Counted from the stretch's first letter, positions 9,280 to 20,825 are shown. The stretch: 28,557 nt of DNA from Deltaproteobacteria bacterium Ga0077550 (GCA_001464385.1 LNFB01000258.1:1-28557), one strand, 5' to 3'. Notes: generated by a model not told the origin, from the letters alone. Numbers and translations: made by a program.

Positions 9280-9510
9280 TCACGAGTGGCTGACGGTGGC
9301 GGGGATGCCGAGCGTCGGCGCGGGCGTGGGCGGGCTCACGACGACGGGCTTGGAGGTCACCGCGCCGGCACCATCGCTCGGCACGCCCGAGCGCTCGAAC
9401 CGGAGGATCCAGCGGTACAGCAGCACGATGAAGACCGCGCCGCCGATCCACAAACCACCCAACGTACCGAAGATTGCAACGTCGATTGCGCGAACCGCCA
9501 GCAAGACCAT
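9280..9510 (-). CDS. small (76 aa) single-pass membrane protein
   Basis: ATG 9510 is preceded by GAGGA with 8-nt spacing. One TM helix is present (VAIFGTLGGLWIGGAVFIVLLY) with a Pro-rich tail. The stop lies 16 nt upstream of the HTTM start on the same strand, so the two are probably co-transcribed. Confidence 0.45.
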   Translation of the reverse strand: MVLLAVRAIDVAIFGTLGGLWIGGAVFIVLLYRWILRFERSGVPSDGAGAVTSKPVVVSPPTPAPTLGIPATVSHS

Positions 9511-9697
9511 GATGGAAATCCTCTGGTCTTGATTGCTACGCCGACGCGCGTCACGGTGGCAGCGATGGCTTTGCGCGCGTGCATGGGCGTCGCGACGCGT
9601 CCACGCACTTGTTTCGCCGCGCGTCCGTGTTCGAGGTCACGACGTCGGGTTGCGCACGCGATCGCGGGCCGAAGTCGCGATCGCGACGCGCCCGCGA

Positions 9698-10609
9698 CTA
9701 CTCGCGGATCGCGACGAACCCGAACCACGCGTCCGCGGTGTCGACACAGCTCACCTCGACGTGCTCCATCGCACTGCCGACCTCGATCGCCGTCGCGCCG
9801 AGGCGACCGGCGCGACGGTCGTAGACGACCTCGGCCGCGTCCCCGTCGAGGAACGCGAGCGCGGCGCGGCGGTCGACCGTGCACGGATCAGAGCAGATGA
9901 AGTCGCACGGCTCCGGGATCGTGGGCTCGATCGGGCACACGTCGTCGAGGAGCTCGACCTGCAGCGGCGCGAAGAACTCGCCGGGGGGCCCGTCGTTGCC
10001 GGCCTCTCCGGGGAGCGCCTCTGCCGACATCGCCGCGAGCATGACCTCGCCGTCGCGACGCACCACCACGTACACGTTGGCCCACCACGGCACGTCGATC
10101 CACACGCCGAGCTCGACCACGTCGCCGAGCGCGAGCGCGCTGTCGCCGACGTTCGACACGTCGAGGGAGTGCGAGCCGTCCTCGCACGCGAGCCCGAGGT
10201 GCAGGGCCGTGCCGACCGGGCCGATCCACGTGAGCACGCAGGTGGTCGTGAGCGAGGTCGGCGCGTGCTCCCAGCCGATGATGCCGTCGACGAGCACGGC
10301 GGTCTCGATGTCGTCCGGCTGCGGATCGCACGCGGACTGCGGCAGATCGCCGGTGGTCGAGTCGTCGCCGGTCGAGCTGGTGTCATCCGCGCCCGTGCCG
10401 GAGACCGAGGTCGAGCTGACCGACATGCCCTCGGTCGTGGTCAGCGTGACCGTGCCGAGGGTCGGATCCAGCGTGTCCGTGACGTCGGTCAGCGTATCCG
10501 GGAGGTCGCTGGTCCAGTCCGTGAGCTCGAAATCGGGCAGGTCGAGCTTGCCCTGGATGCAGCCTGTGAGGGCCATGACGCCGAACCACCCGAGTCGACG
10601 CCCGTTCAT
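9698..10609 (-). CDS. lipoprotein of unknown function (Thr/Asp-rich linker, 8-Cys C-terminal domain)
   Basis: This is ORF 9698..10684 trimmed to ATG 10609 (MNGRRLGWFGVMALTGC|IQG, lipobox LTGC). It has an acidic/Thr-rich low-complexity region and then a ~200-aa domain with 8 Cys. It sits on the same strand upstream of the small membrane protein and the HTTM gene. Confidence 0.6.
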   Translation of the reverse strand: MNGRRLGWFGVMALTGCIQGKLDLPDFELTDWTSDLPDTLTDVTDTLDPTLGTVTLTTTEGMSVSSTSVSGTGADDTSSTGDDSTTGDLPQSACDPQPDDIETAVLVDGIIGWEHAPTSLTTTCVLTWIGPVGTALHLGLACEDGSHSLDVSNVGDSALALGDVVELGVWIDVPWWANVYVVVRRDGEVMLAAMSAEALPGEAGNDGPPGEFFAPLQVELLDDVCPIEPTIPEPCDFICSDPCTVDRRAALAFLDGDAAEVVYDRRAGRLGATAIEVGSAMEHVEVSCVDTADAWFGFVAIRE

Positions 10610-10610
10610 G

Positions 10611-10629
10611 GTTAGCAATGTTAGCAATG
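10611..10629. promoter_or_regulatory. tandem 9-bp AT-rich direct repeat (TTAGCAATG x2) abutting the lipoprotein start codon
   Basis: The sequence is gTTAGCAATGTTAGCAATGg on the + strand and CATTGCTAACATTGCTAACC-ATG on the - strand. It is unusually AT-rich for this genome. It lies in the divergent intergenic region between the lipoprotein (-) and the 2H phosphoesterase (+). Confidence 0.3.
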
Positions 10630-10815
10630 GCCGTGTTGTCATGTCAAGCCCGTCCGTCATTCCGCGTGGGTTCGGGCTCGGCACCCCGAGGGGACACCAC
10701 CGTCGGCCGTGAATGGCTCGGCGGGCCGCGGCGCTTCGGTCGATCGTCCCTCGGAACGGTGACGAATCGGCGCCGAATCGTCCCCCGATTGGCCTCGCGC
10801 TACGCTGGCGGACCC

Positions 10816-11376
10816 GTGCCCATCCGCCTGTCCGACCGCTCGACGCTGCTGGTCCCCGTCGCCCACGACGCCCTCGCGATCCCGGCGACGGTTCGCCTCG
10901 GCGACGTCGAGCTGGTGCGCAAGTCCGAGCACCACATCACCGTGTTCGGGTTCGACATCGGCAAGCTCCTCGGGGCCGCGATCGCGAAGACGCCGGCGCT
11001 GCGGGCGGCGGTCGATGCCCTCGCCGAGGCCGCCGACTTCGGCTGGACGATGCCGAGCCCGCCGACGCTGTGGCGACTGCACCGCGATCGGCCGCGCGAC
11101 CTGCAGACGGTGATCGCGATGGTCGATGCGCCTGGGATCGCGGCGTTCTTCGCCGCGTGTGCGCGCGAGCTGCCGGCGCTCTCGCCGGGGATCGAGGCGT
11201 GGGCGTGGGATCCGCCGCCGCCCCACATCACGCTGTACACCAGCGATCCCGCCGGCAAGGACGGCATCGGCCTGCGTCGAGCGTCGGAGCTCGAGCAGGC
11301 GCTGGCCCGCGGCGCGGCGGGCGAGACGACGGGGCTGCGGGCGTTCGCCGCCGCGCTGCCGGAGGTCACTCCGTGA
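10816..11376 (+). CDS. 2H phosphoesterase superfamily protein (LigT/ThpR-like 2'-5' RNA ligase / cyclic phosphodiesterase)
   Basis: This lies within ORF 10618..11376. The probable GTG start is at 10816 and gives ~187 aa. The two diagnostic H-x-[TS]-x motifs are present in the appropriate context and spacing: SEHHITVFGF and PPPHITLYTS. There is no signal peptide. Confidence 0.6.
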   Translation: MPIRLSDRSTLLVPVAHDALAIPATVRLGDVELVRKSEHHITVFGFDIGKLLGAAIAKTPALRAAVDALAEAADFGWTMPSPPTLWRLHRDRPRDLQTVIAMVDAPGIAAFFAACARELPALSPGIEAWAWDPPPPHITLYTSDPAGKDGIGLRRASELEQALARGAAGETTGLRAFAAALPEVTP

Positions 11377-12695
11377 GGCGGTGCGTGCTGGTGCTGCTCG
11401 GGCTGACGGCGTGCACCGACGTGCGCGACGACGACGCCCAACCGACCGCGGCGAGCATCGCCGACGCCGAGACCCAGGATCCGAGCGCCGCCGACACCAG
11501 CGCCGAGAAATTCGACGCCAACGGGCCCGGCGGGCTGTTGCCACCGCCGGCGTGCGCGTCGGTGATGCCCGGCCAGGGCGGCAGCCTCGGCGATCTCGAC
11601 TTCAGCTACGTGTGGATCTCGAACTCGATGCAGGGGACCGTGTCGAAGATCGACACGGAGTCGGGCATCGAGGTCGCGCGGTACTTCACCAGCGCGCGCG
11701 AGGGCGCCGGCGATCCGTCGCGCACGGCGGTGAACCCGGCGGGCGACGTCGCGGTGACCAGCCGCGCGGGCGCGGTGACGAAGATCGCGGCGTTCCTCGA
11801 TCGCTGCGAGGACCGCGACGAGGACGGCATCATCGACACCTCGAGCGGCCCCGACGACGTGCTGCCGTTCGGCACCGACGAGTGCGTGCGCTGGAGCGTC
11901 GAGCTGCCCGGCGGCGGCGGCGATCCGAAGAACCACCAGGGCCCGCGTCCGACCGGCTGGGACGCCGGCACGCCGGAGGATCCGTGCAGCAGGCTGTGGG
12001 TCGGCTGGTACGAGCAGGCGCAGAACCGCGGCCGCTTCCAGCGACACGACGGCACCGACGGCGCGGTGCTCGACGAGGTCACGGTCGACGACTGGGACGT
12101 CGCGCAGACCGGCCGCGACTGGGGCCCGTACGGCGGCGCGGTCGATCAGCAGGGCGATCTGTGGGCCATCGGCTGGGGCGGGCCGCTGGTGCGCATCGAC
12201 GCGACCACGCTCGAGGTGTCGCGCTGGGAGACGCCCGCGGGCACGCATCCGTACGGCATCGCCCTCGACGCCGACGGCCACCCGTGGACCTCGGGCATGT
12301 CGGGCGACGTGCTGCACTTCGATCCCGACGCGCAGACGTTCGAGTCGCTGGTGCTCGACACCGGCGCGGGCCCGCGGATCCTCCGCGGCCTCGCGATCGA
12401 TCGCGACGGCGTGGCGTGGATCGCCGCGAACAGCCCGTGCGGCCTGGTGACGGTGGACACCGCGACGCACGCGTTGATCTCGGACGCGGTCGAGCTCCCC
12501 GATTGCAGCATGCCCGTCGGCGTCGGCATCGACGTGCAGGGCCGCGTGTGGGTGCCGGACTCGGTCGAGAACGTCGCGTACCGCCGCGATCCGAGCTCCG
12601 GCACGGTCGTGCGCACCGAGGGCCTGGTCGCGCCGTACACATACTCGGACATGACCGGCGCGGGGCTCGAGCTGGTGTTGAATCCGCAGGGGTGA
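11373..12695 (+). CDS. beta-propeller repeat lipoprotein (NHL/Vgb/SMP-30-like repeats)
   Basis: The frame is that of ORF 10713..12695, whose 5' two-thirds overlap the 2H gene. GTG 11373 overlaps the 2H stop (GTGA) and has GGAGGT 8 nt upstream. The signal peptide is MRRCVLVLLGLTAC|TD. The repeated blades are DLWAIGWGGPLVRID, HPYGIALDADGHPWTSGMSGDVLHFD, LRGLAIDRDGVAWIAANSPCGLVTVD and PVGVGIDVQGRVWVPDSVENVAYRRD. Confidence 0.7.
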   Translation: MRRCVLVLLGLTACTDVRDDDAQPTAASIADAETQDPSAADTSAEKFDANGPGGLLPPPACASVMPGQGGSLGDLDFSYVWISNSMQGTVSKIDTESGIEVARYFTSAREGAGDPSRTAVNPAGDVAVTSRAGAVTKIAAFLDRCEDRDEDGIIDTSSGPDDVLPFGTDECVRWSVELPGGGGDPKNHQGPRPTGWDAGTPEDPCSRLWVGWYEQAQNRGRFQRHDGTDGAVLDEVTVDDWDVAQTGRDWGPYGGAVDQQGDLWAIGWGGPLVRIDATTLEVSRWETPAGTHPYGIALDADGHPWTSGMSGDVLHFDPDAQTFESLVLDTGAGPRILRGLAIDRDGVAWIAANSPCGLVTVDTATHALISDAVELPDCSMPVGVGIDVQGRVWVPDSVENVAYRRDPSSGTVVRTEGLVAPYTYSDMTGAGLELVLNPQG

Positions 12696-12926
12696 TGATG
12701 GCGACGGATCGATCGACTCGACTGGTGGCGCTCGTCCAAACGCGGCGGTGTGCCCGGCGTCTCGGTCGTGCGTGGCCGGCCAATCGGCCAACATGCCCTA
12801 CCTACGAGATGCGGCCGTACGCGACGTACGCTTGCCACTTCCCGCACCTGAGTGGTTGACAGGTCGCCGTCGGTCGCCGAGCCTGTCCCGGTCGCCGCTC
12901 GCGAGGCAGGAGGTCGGTTCTCAGGC

Positions 12927-14897
12927 ATGTCAGGTCACGTCTCATTCACCCTTCGAACGTGGTGCGTCACGTGTGTCACCGCAGCGGGAGTTGGACTGGT
13001 GTTCGGCCCCGTCGCGTGTGTACGGGACGACCATGACCCGCTCCCTGCCGGAACCGGATACGCGATGAGCGGGCCGTGCGAGACTGATGGCGAACAAGTC
13101 GTCGCCACCACCGGCGGGGACCACGGCGAAGCCTGGCACAATCCTTTCGGGCCCGATTCCCCCGATTCCTCGGGGGCGGGTGACGACGGTGACGGCCTCC
13201 CCGAGTGGTTCGACGCTGGGATCCCGGACCCGATCCCGTGGCCCTACGACTACCCGATGCCCGACCCACAGGTGCAGCCCGATCCGACTTGGTGGGAGTT
13301 CGATCCGGCGACGGCGTTCCACTACCGGTCGGCGACGACCAAGGAACTCGCGGAGAACGGGTGGCACCCAAGCACCCTGCTGGTTGTGCCGACAGACGCG
13401 GCTCGCGATGCATTGGCCCGAGGCGCGAGATCGACCGTCCTTGCGTTGCCTATTGCAGAAGACGCCGTGCGACCGCAGGTGAACCTGGCGTTTGTTGAAC
13501 TCGACCTCGAGTTGCGAGCCTCCCATGGGCCGGTCGCGTTTCCAACCCTCAACATCGACCAGAATGGACGTCGAACGCGAGTGGTACGGCGCCCGAATCT
13601 TCACTTCTATGTGACGCGAGAGTTGGACTGGAATGAGGTGGATGATATCGCGGCCAAGGCCATGGCCAGCAGCGATGGGGCGACGGAATTGACCGGCGCA
13701 ATGGGGGATCGCGTGTTCGCATTTCGCGGCCCGTTCCCGATCGATGGGTCCGTCCATCGCGTCGATATCGCGCCTCCTCGAGGCTCATCATTCTGGTTGC
13801 TCCATACAGAGTTCGGGCCGCCGTTGATGACCTCGCGTGCCCGGGTGGGTGTCGAACTCGTGCGCCAGGCCCGGGGGGCGCAGGGACACCCCGCGAACCG
13901 TGACGCTGCCGACTTAGATGTTGCAGTTGCGCCTGAAACGACCGCAAGTGCCCTCGGCTACCAGTGCGCAGACGGATTTGACAACGACGTCGACGGCAGA
14001 GCTGATTCGTGTGACTACGAGTGCGTTCCTCATCCGGAATTCGGCGGCCTCGAGCATCAGCACACCGCGCTGTCCGAGTACAGCAAGGATATCGCACTTC
14101 TCGGCGACGCTGTGTTCTGCGCGGAGAACCCATCCACAGCTCTCACGATGATGGCGACATGGGGAATGGGAGGAGCGCAGTTGCTGAGCTGGATCGAAGC
14201 GCCTGAGCCGTACGCCGGGGATGTCCGGACTCCGCCGTTTCGGCTCGCGATGCTTGGCTGCATCACGCTTGACTCCCTGAGCGACGCTCGGGCGTGTCAT
14301 AGCGACGCGGCTGAGTGTCCCGATGGGTACCCATTCACGGGTACCGCACGGAACTGGGACGCGATTGCTCTCGCCGCATGGGACGCTGTCGAAACGCATG
14401 TGACGAATCTCGATCCGGCGGACGTGCATCCGGTGAATTTTGCCGTCGTGGTGACGATGGAACAGCACACTGGGAATCTGAGCGATGGGGGACTCGGGAA
14501 TTTTCCGGATTCCGAGCACCTCGGACGCAACGGCACCGCGGTCGTCTGGTCCGGAGCGGATGATATTCTCGAACTCGAGCGTGTTGTTGCGCACGAGATC
14601 GGTCACACGCTTGGCCTTGCGCACGACACGGCCGCAGAATACGGAGTCTCAGGCATCATGAATCCTACCCACAGCCCGTGGGCGCCAGTGCTCGATTGGG
14701 ATGCTCCCTCGGCATACAAAGACACGAACAACCCAGGTACCTTTCTTGCGCAGGGCGAGGTGTGGGGCAGGTTGGTCGGGGACAAGTGGTTTCCGAGACC
14801 TCGCGGGTTCAAACTCTCGCCCTGTAGCTCGGATGCCGACTGCGAGGGTGGGTTCCCCGGCCTCGAATGCGTAGACGGTGTGGGGTGGTGCAAGTGA
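12927..14897 (+). CDS. secreted metzincin-type zinc metalloprotease (HExxHxxGxxH + Met-turn), 656 aa
   Basis: ORF 12852..14897. The start is ATG 12927 (MSGHVSFTLRTWCVTCVTAAGVGLVFGPVAC...), with GGAGGT 13 nt upstream. The C-terminal catalytic signature is VVAHEIGHTLGLAHD, followed by SGIMNP (Met-turn). Several Cys-rich segments are present, such as CADGFDNDVDGRADSCDYEC and a C-terminal CSSDADCEGGFPGLECVDGVGWC. GC content is ~60% versus ~73% in the flanks. Confidence 0.75.
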   Translation: MSGHVSFTLRTWCVTCVTAAGVGLVFGPVACVRDDHDPLPAGTGYAMSGPCETDGEQVVATTGGDHGEAWHNPFGPDSPDSSGAGDDGDGLPEWFDAGIPDPIPWPYDYPMPDPQVQPDPTWWEFDPATAFHYRSATTKELAENGWHPSTLLVVPTDAARDALARGARSTVLALPIAEDAVRPQVNLAFVELDLELRASHGPVAFPTLNIDQNGRRTRVVRRPNLHFYVTRELDWNEVDDIAAKAMASSDGATELTGAMGDRVFAFRGPFPIDGSVHRVDIAPPRGSSFWLLHTEFGPPLMTSRARVGVELVRQARGAQGHPANRDAADLDVAVAPETTASALGYQCADGFDNDVDGRADSCDYECVPHPEFGGLEHQHTALSEYSKDIALLGDAVFCAENPSTALTMMATWGMGGAQLLSWIEAPEPYAGDVRTPPFRLAMLGCITLDSLSDARACHSDAAECPDGYPFTGTARNWDAIALAAWDAVETHVTNLDPADVHPVNFAVVVTMEQHTGNLSDGGLGNFPDSEHLGRNGTAVVWSGADDILELERVVAHEIGHTLGLAHDTAAEYGVSGIMNPTHSPWAPVLDWDAPSAYKDTNNPGTFLAQGEVWGRLVGDKWFPRPRGFKLSPCSSDADCEGGFPGLECVDGVGWCK

Positions 14898-15382
14898 TGC
14901 CTCGGACTGGATTCCGACGGCTCGCGGGAATGGTGCTCGCAGTGCTCGTGTGCATGCACGGATGTGGCGACGACGTCTCAGGTGCATGCTATCCCGCCGT
15001 TGACCCTGAACCAGTGGATCCGGAGTCGCCGCCTGGTTTCGGAGACGAGCCATGGTGTGAGTGGACGGTGACGACGATTCCGGATGGCGTGCCGCACCTC
15101 AACGGCCCATATCTGGTCGACGTCTGCGACGATTTGAGCACCGTGAGCTGTGACGCATGCCCACCGGATATGGACGATAGGCTCCGCGCCGAAGGCGAGG
15201 AGTTGTTCGCCACCTTCACGGCCGAGGATCCGCTCGGGGGCGAGTGTGTCCCGACGGTCGATCACTTCATGCGCGGGTGCTATGGAGTGTGGGAGCGCGA
15301 CGTCTGGGGAGGCGACTTCGACAGATGCTGCTACCGCGCCGCGGTGTGGAGCGCGACGTGTGTTCCCGCACCTGGTGGTTGA
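14897..15382 (+). CDS. small exported Cys-rich protein (161 aa, 10 Cys), translationally coupled to the metalloprotease
   Basis: ATG 14897 overlaps the protease stop (TGATG). The signal peptide is MPRTGFRRLAGMVLAVLVCMHGC. There are 10 Cys in 140 mature residues. The lower GC matches the upstream protease gene. Confidence 0.55.
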   Translation: MPRTGFRRLAGMVLAVLVCMHGCGDDVSGACYPAVDPEPVDPESPPGFGDEPWCEWTVTTIPDGVPHLNGPYLVDVCDDLSTVSCDACPPDMDDRLRAEGEELFATFTAEDPLGGECVPTVDHFMRGCYGVWERDVWGGDFDRCCYRAAVWSATCVPAPGG

Positions 15383-15448
15383 CGCGGCCGGTCGGTCCAG
15401 GAGGGAGCCAACCTCAGGTCGCGGAGGGTTGAGTCGCGGCGGCGAGGC

Positions 15449-18643
<3,195 letters not shown>

Positions 18644-18646
18644 CGC

Positions 18647-20821
18647 ATGCGCGCACGGGTTCGAGGTCGGGTCGCGTTCGTGGTGCTCGGTGTGCGGGCG
18701 AAGGACATCCCCGGCGTCGCCGAGGAGGCGGCGGTCCGCGCCTGGCTACAGGGCGTGCGCGCCGACCTCGAGCAGGTCGGCCTGGGCGCGATCACGATCG
18801 AGTTCGAGTGGCATGGTTGGCTCGAGAGCCCGCTGCTGCAAGAAGAGCTCGCGTGCCTCGAGCTGGCGGAGTTGGCCGCCCACGCGCGGACGCTGACCGC
18901 CGAGCCGATCGCCGGGGGCCTCGTCGCGATCGTGAACTGTCGGCTCGCGCGCACCGGTGCCTCCGGAGGCGACGTCGTCGCCGATTGGATCACGCACGGT
19001 GGCCAGGGCGGCCTGCGACGCTGCCGCTACTGCGGCGCGCTGCACCTCGCGCCGAACGCCGCGCTGTCGCACTGCTGGGGGAGCCCCGAGGGTGGACACG
19101 TGTTCGACGATCGCGGCACGTTCGAGCTCGCGCGCGCGACCGAGGGCGAGATCCACTACCAGAACTGCTCGTCGTGTCACGCGATCTGGGCGTTCGACGG
19201 CAACTCGCGCGGACACTGCCCGAAGAACCCCACCGGCCACACCGGCGGCGACCGCTTCAGCCTCGCGCGCGCCGCCGACGGCGACGTGCAATGGGCCGAG
19301 TGTCGCGATTGCCAGCGCGTGATCTCGGTCGAGCTCGCCGATCGCGGCTGCCTCGAGAGCACCGAGGGCGTGCCGGTGCCGCACAACCTCGATCTCGATC
19401 GACCGCTCGCGGTGGCGCAGGAGTCGTTCCCCACCTCGAGCTGGGGCACGCGGGCGGTGGCCGCGGCGATCGGGATCCACGACGATCTCGACGCGACCGG
19501 CCGCGGGTTCCGGCCGGCCCCGCACCCGCGGTTCGCCGAGCGCGGGCCGGTGCCGCCCTTGACTGCGTCGTGGCTCGCCGGTTGGCTGCCGCCCGAGCGG
19601 GTGATCACCGTGACGTGGAAGCCGGGCCGACGCTTCGAGGCGACGATCGGCCTGGCCGACGCGGCCGCGCCCGAGCCGGTGCTGCTGCAGATCGACGCGC
19701 CCGGCGGCGTGTACACGGTCGAGGCGCGCAGCGGGCGAGGGATCGAGTCGCACCTGCCCGCGGACGAGCGGCTGCAGCTGCGACGTCTGCTCGGTCGCGG
19801 CGCCCGTGGGGTCGATGGCTGGCGCGCGTGCACGGCCTGCGGCGTCGCCGTCGACACCGCCGAGCTCGGCTGTCGCGCCGGTGGGGTGCACGCGTTCGAG
19901 AGCACCGATCTCGCGGTGCCCTTCGACAACGGCTACGTGCGCGCGGTGCCCGGGTGGCGGCGGTGCTTCCGCTGCAACGGCCTGTGGCACGCGGGCTCGG
20001 GCGAGGGCAGTGCGTGCGCCGCGGGCGGCGAGCACCGCAGCGACATGTCGACCGCCTACGCGCTGCGCACCAGCGAGACCGGCACGGGCTTCCGCGCGTG
20101 CAGTCGCTGCCGCACGCTCATCGATCCGCAGCGCGCCACGGCACCGTGCGCCGCCGGTGGCGCCCACGAGGTCCGTCGCAGCCCGTTCTTCACCCTCGAC
20201 GTCGTGCGTCGCGGCGCGAGCACGCACCAAGGGTGGTCGACGTGTCGCAAGTGCGGGATCGTCGGGTACACCCGGTCGCAGCGCTGCGCCAAGACCGGCG
20301 GGGCGCATGTGCTCGAGGATCACGATCACGCCGCCGAGCGCTGGCGCATCGTGCCCGGCATCGTCTCGACCTGGCGGTGCACCAAGTGCGCGTGCATGTT
20401 CGGCCATGCGGGGGCGTGCGCGGCGGGCGGGCGCCACACCGCCGCGGGGCTGTTCCCCGAGTTCGCGCTGCGCGAGGCGTCGGTGGTCGATCGCGTCAGC
20501 GTGCCGCAGGGCGCCGAGCCGCGCTTCCCCGGCGGGGCGCAGGCCATGCTCGCGCTGCGCCGTCACTGGCAGATCTGTCGCGAGTGCGGCGTCGTCTTCA
20601 CTCCCGGCACGGGTACCAAGTGCGCCGCCAAGTCCGGCAAGCACGTCGCGGTCGGGCCCAAGCTGGTGATGAGCAGCGCGCGGCTCGAGAGCTGGCGGGT
20701 GCTGGTCGCCGTGGGCGACGAGCTGCACGCCGATCGCGACGCCTTCAAGGTGACGCTGGTCGAGCGCGACGACGCCGAGGCCAAGCTCGTCGTCGAGTCG
20801 GTCCCGATCGCAGACGCGTGA
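18647..20821 (+). CDS. uncharacterised tandem Cys3His-repeat protein (9 x C-x2-C-x(8-14)-C-x2-GG-x-H modules), 724 aa, no signal peptide
   Basis: After a ~110-aa N-terminal region there are nine ~45-50-aa repeats. Examples are CRYCGALH...SHCWGSPEGGH, CSSCHAIW...GHCPKNPTGH, CFRCNGLWHAGSGEGSACAAGGEH, CSRCRTLIDPQRATAPCAAGGAH, CRKCGIVGYTRSQRCAKTGGAH, CTKCACMFGHAGACAAGGRH and CRECGVVFTPGTGTKCAAKSGKH. The gene is divergent from kinase 1 (starts 4 bp apart) and convergent with kinase 2 (stops 4 bp apart). The exact start is uncertain. Confidence 0.6.
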   Translation: MRARVRGRVAFVVLGVRAKDIPGVAEEAAVRAWLQGVRADLEQVGLGAITIEFEWHGWLESPLLQEELACLELAELAAHARTLTAEPIAGGLVAIVNCRLARTGASGGDVVADWITHGGQGGLRRCRYCGALHLAPNAALSHCWGSPEGGHVFDDRGTFELARATEGEIHYQNCSSCHAIWAFDGNSRGHCPKNPTGHTGGDRFSLARAADGDVQWAECRDCQRVISVELADRGCLESTEGVPVPHNLDLDRPLAVAQESFPTSSWGTRAVAAAIGIHDDLDATGRGFRPAPHPRFAERGPVPPLTASWLAGWLPPERVITVTWKPGRRFEATIGLADAAAPEPVLLQIDAPGGVYTVEARSGRGIESHLPADERLQLRRLLGRGARGVDGWRACTACGVAVDTAELGCRAGGVHAFESTDLAVPFDNGYVRAVPGWRRCFRCNGLWHAGSGEGSACAAGGEHRSDMSTAYALRTSETGTGFRACSRCRTLIDPQRATAPCAAGGAHEVRRSPFFTLDVVRRGASTHQGWSTCRKCGIVGYTRSQRCAKTGGAHVLEDHDHAAERWRIVPGIVSTWRCTKCACMFGHAGACAAGGRHTAAGLFPEFALREASVVDRVSVPQGAEPRFPGGAQAMLALRRHWQICRECGVVFTPGTGTKCAAKSGKHVAVGPKLVMSSARLESWRVLVAVGDELHADRDAFKVTLVERDDAEAKLVVESVPIADA

Positions 20822-20825
20822 CGCG

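Noticed and set aside
12856-12861. TTGACA hexamer upstream of the metalloprotease gene
   Set aside because: It is a perfect -35 consensus, but no acceptable -10 element lies at 16-19 bp spacing. A single hexamer match is expected by chance.
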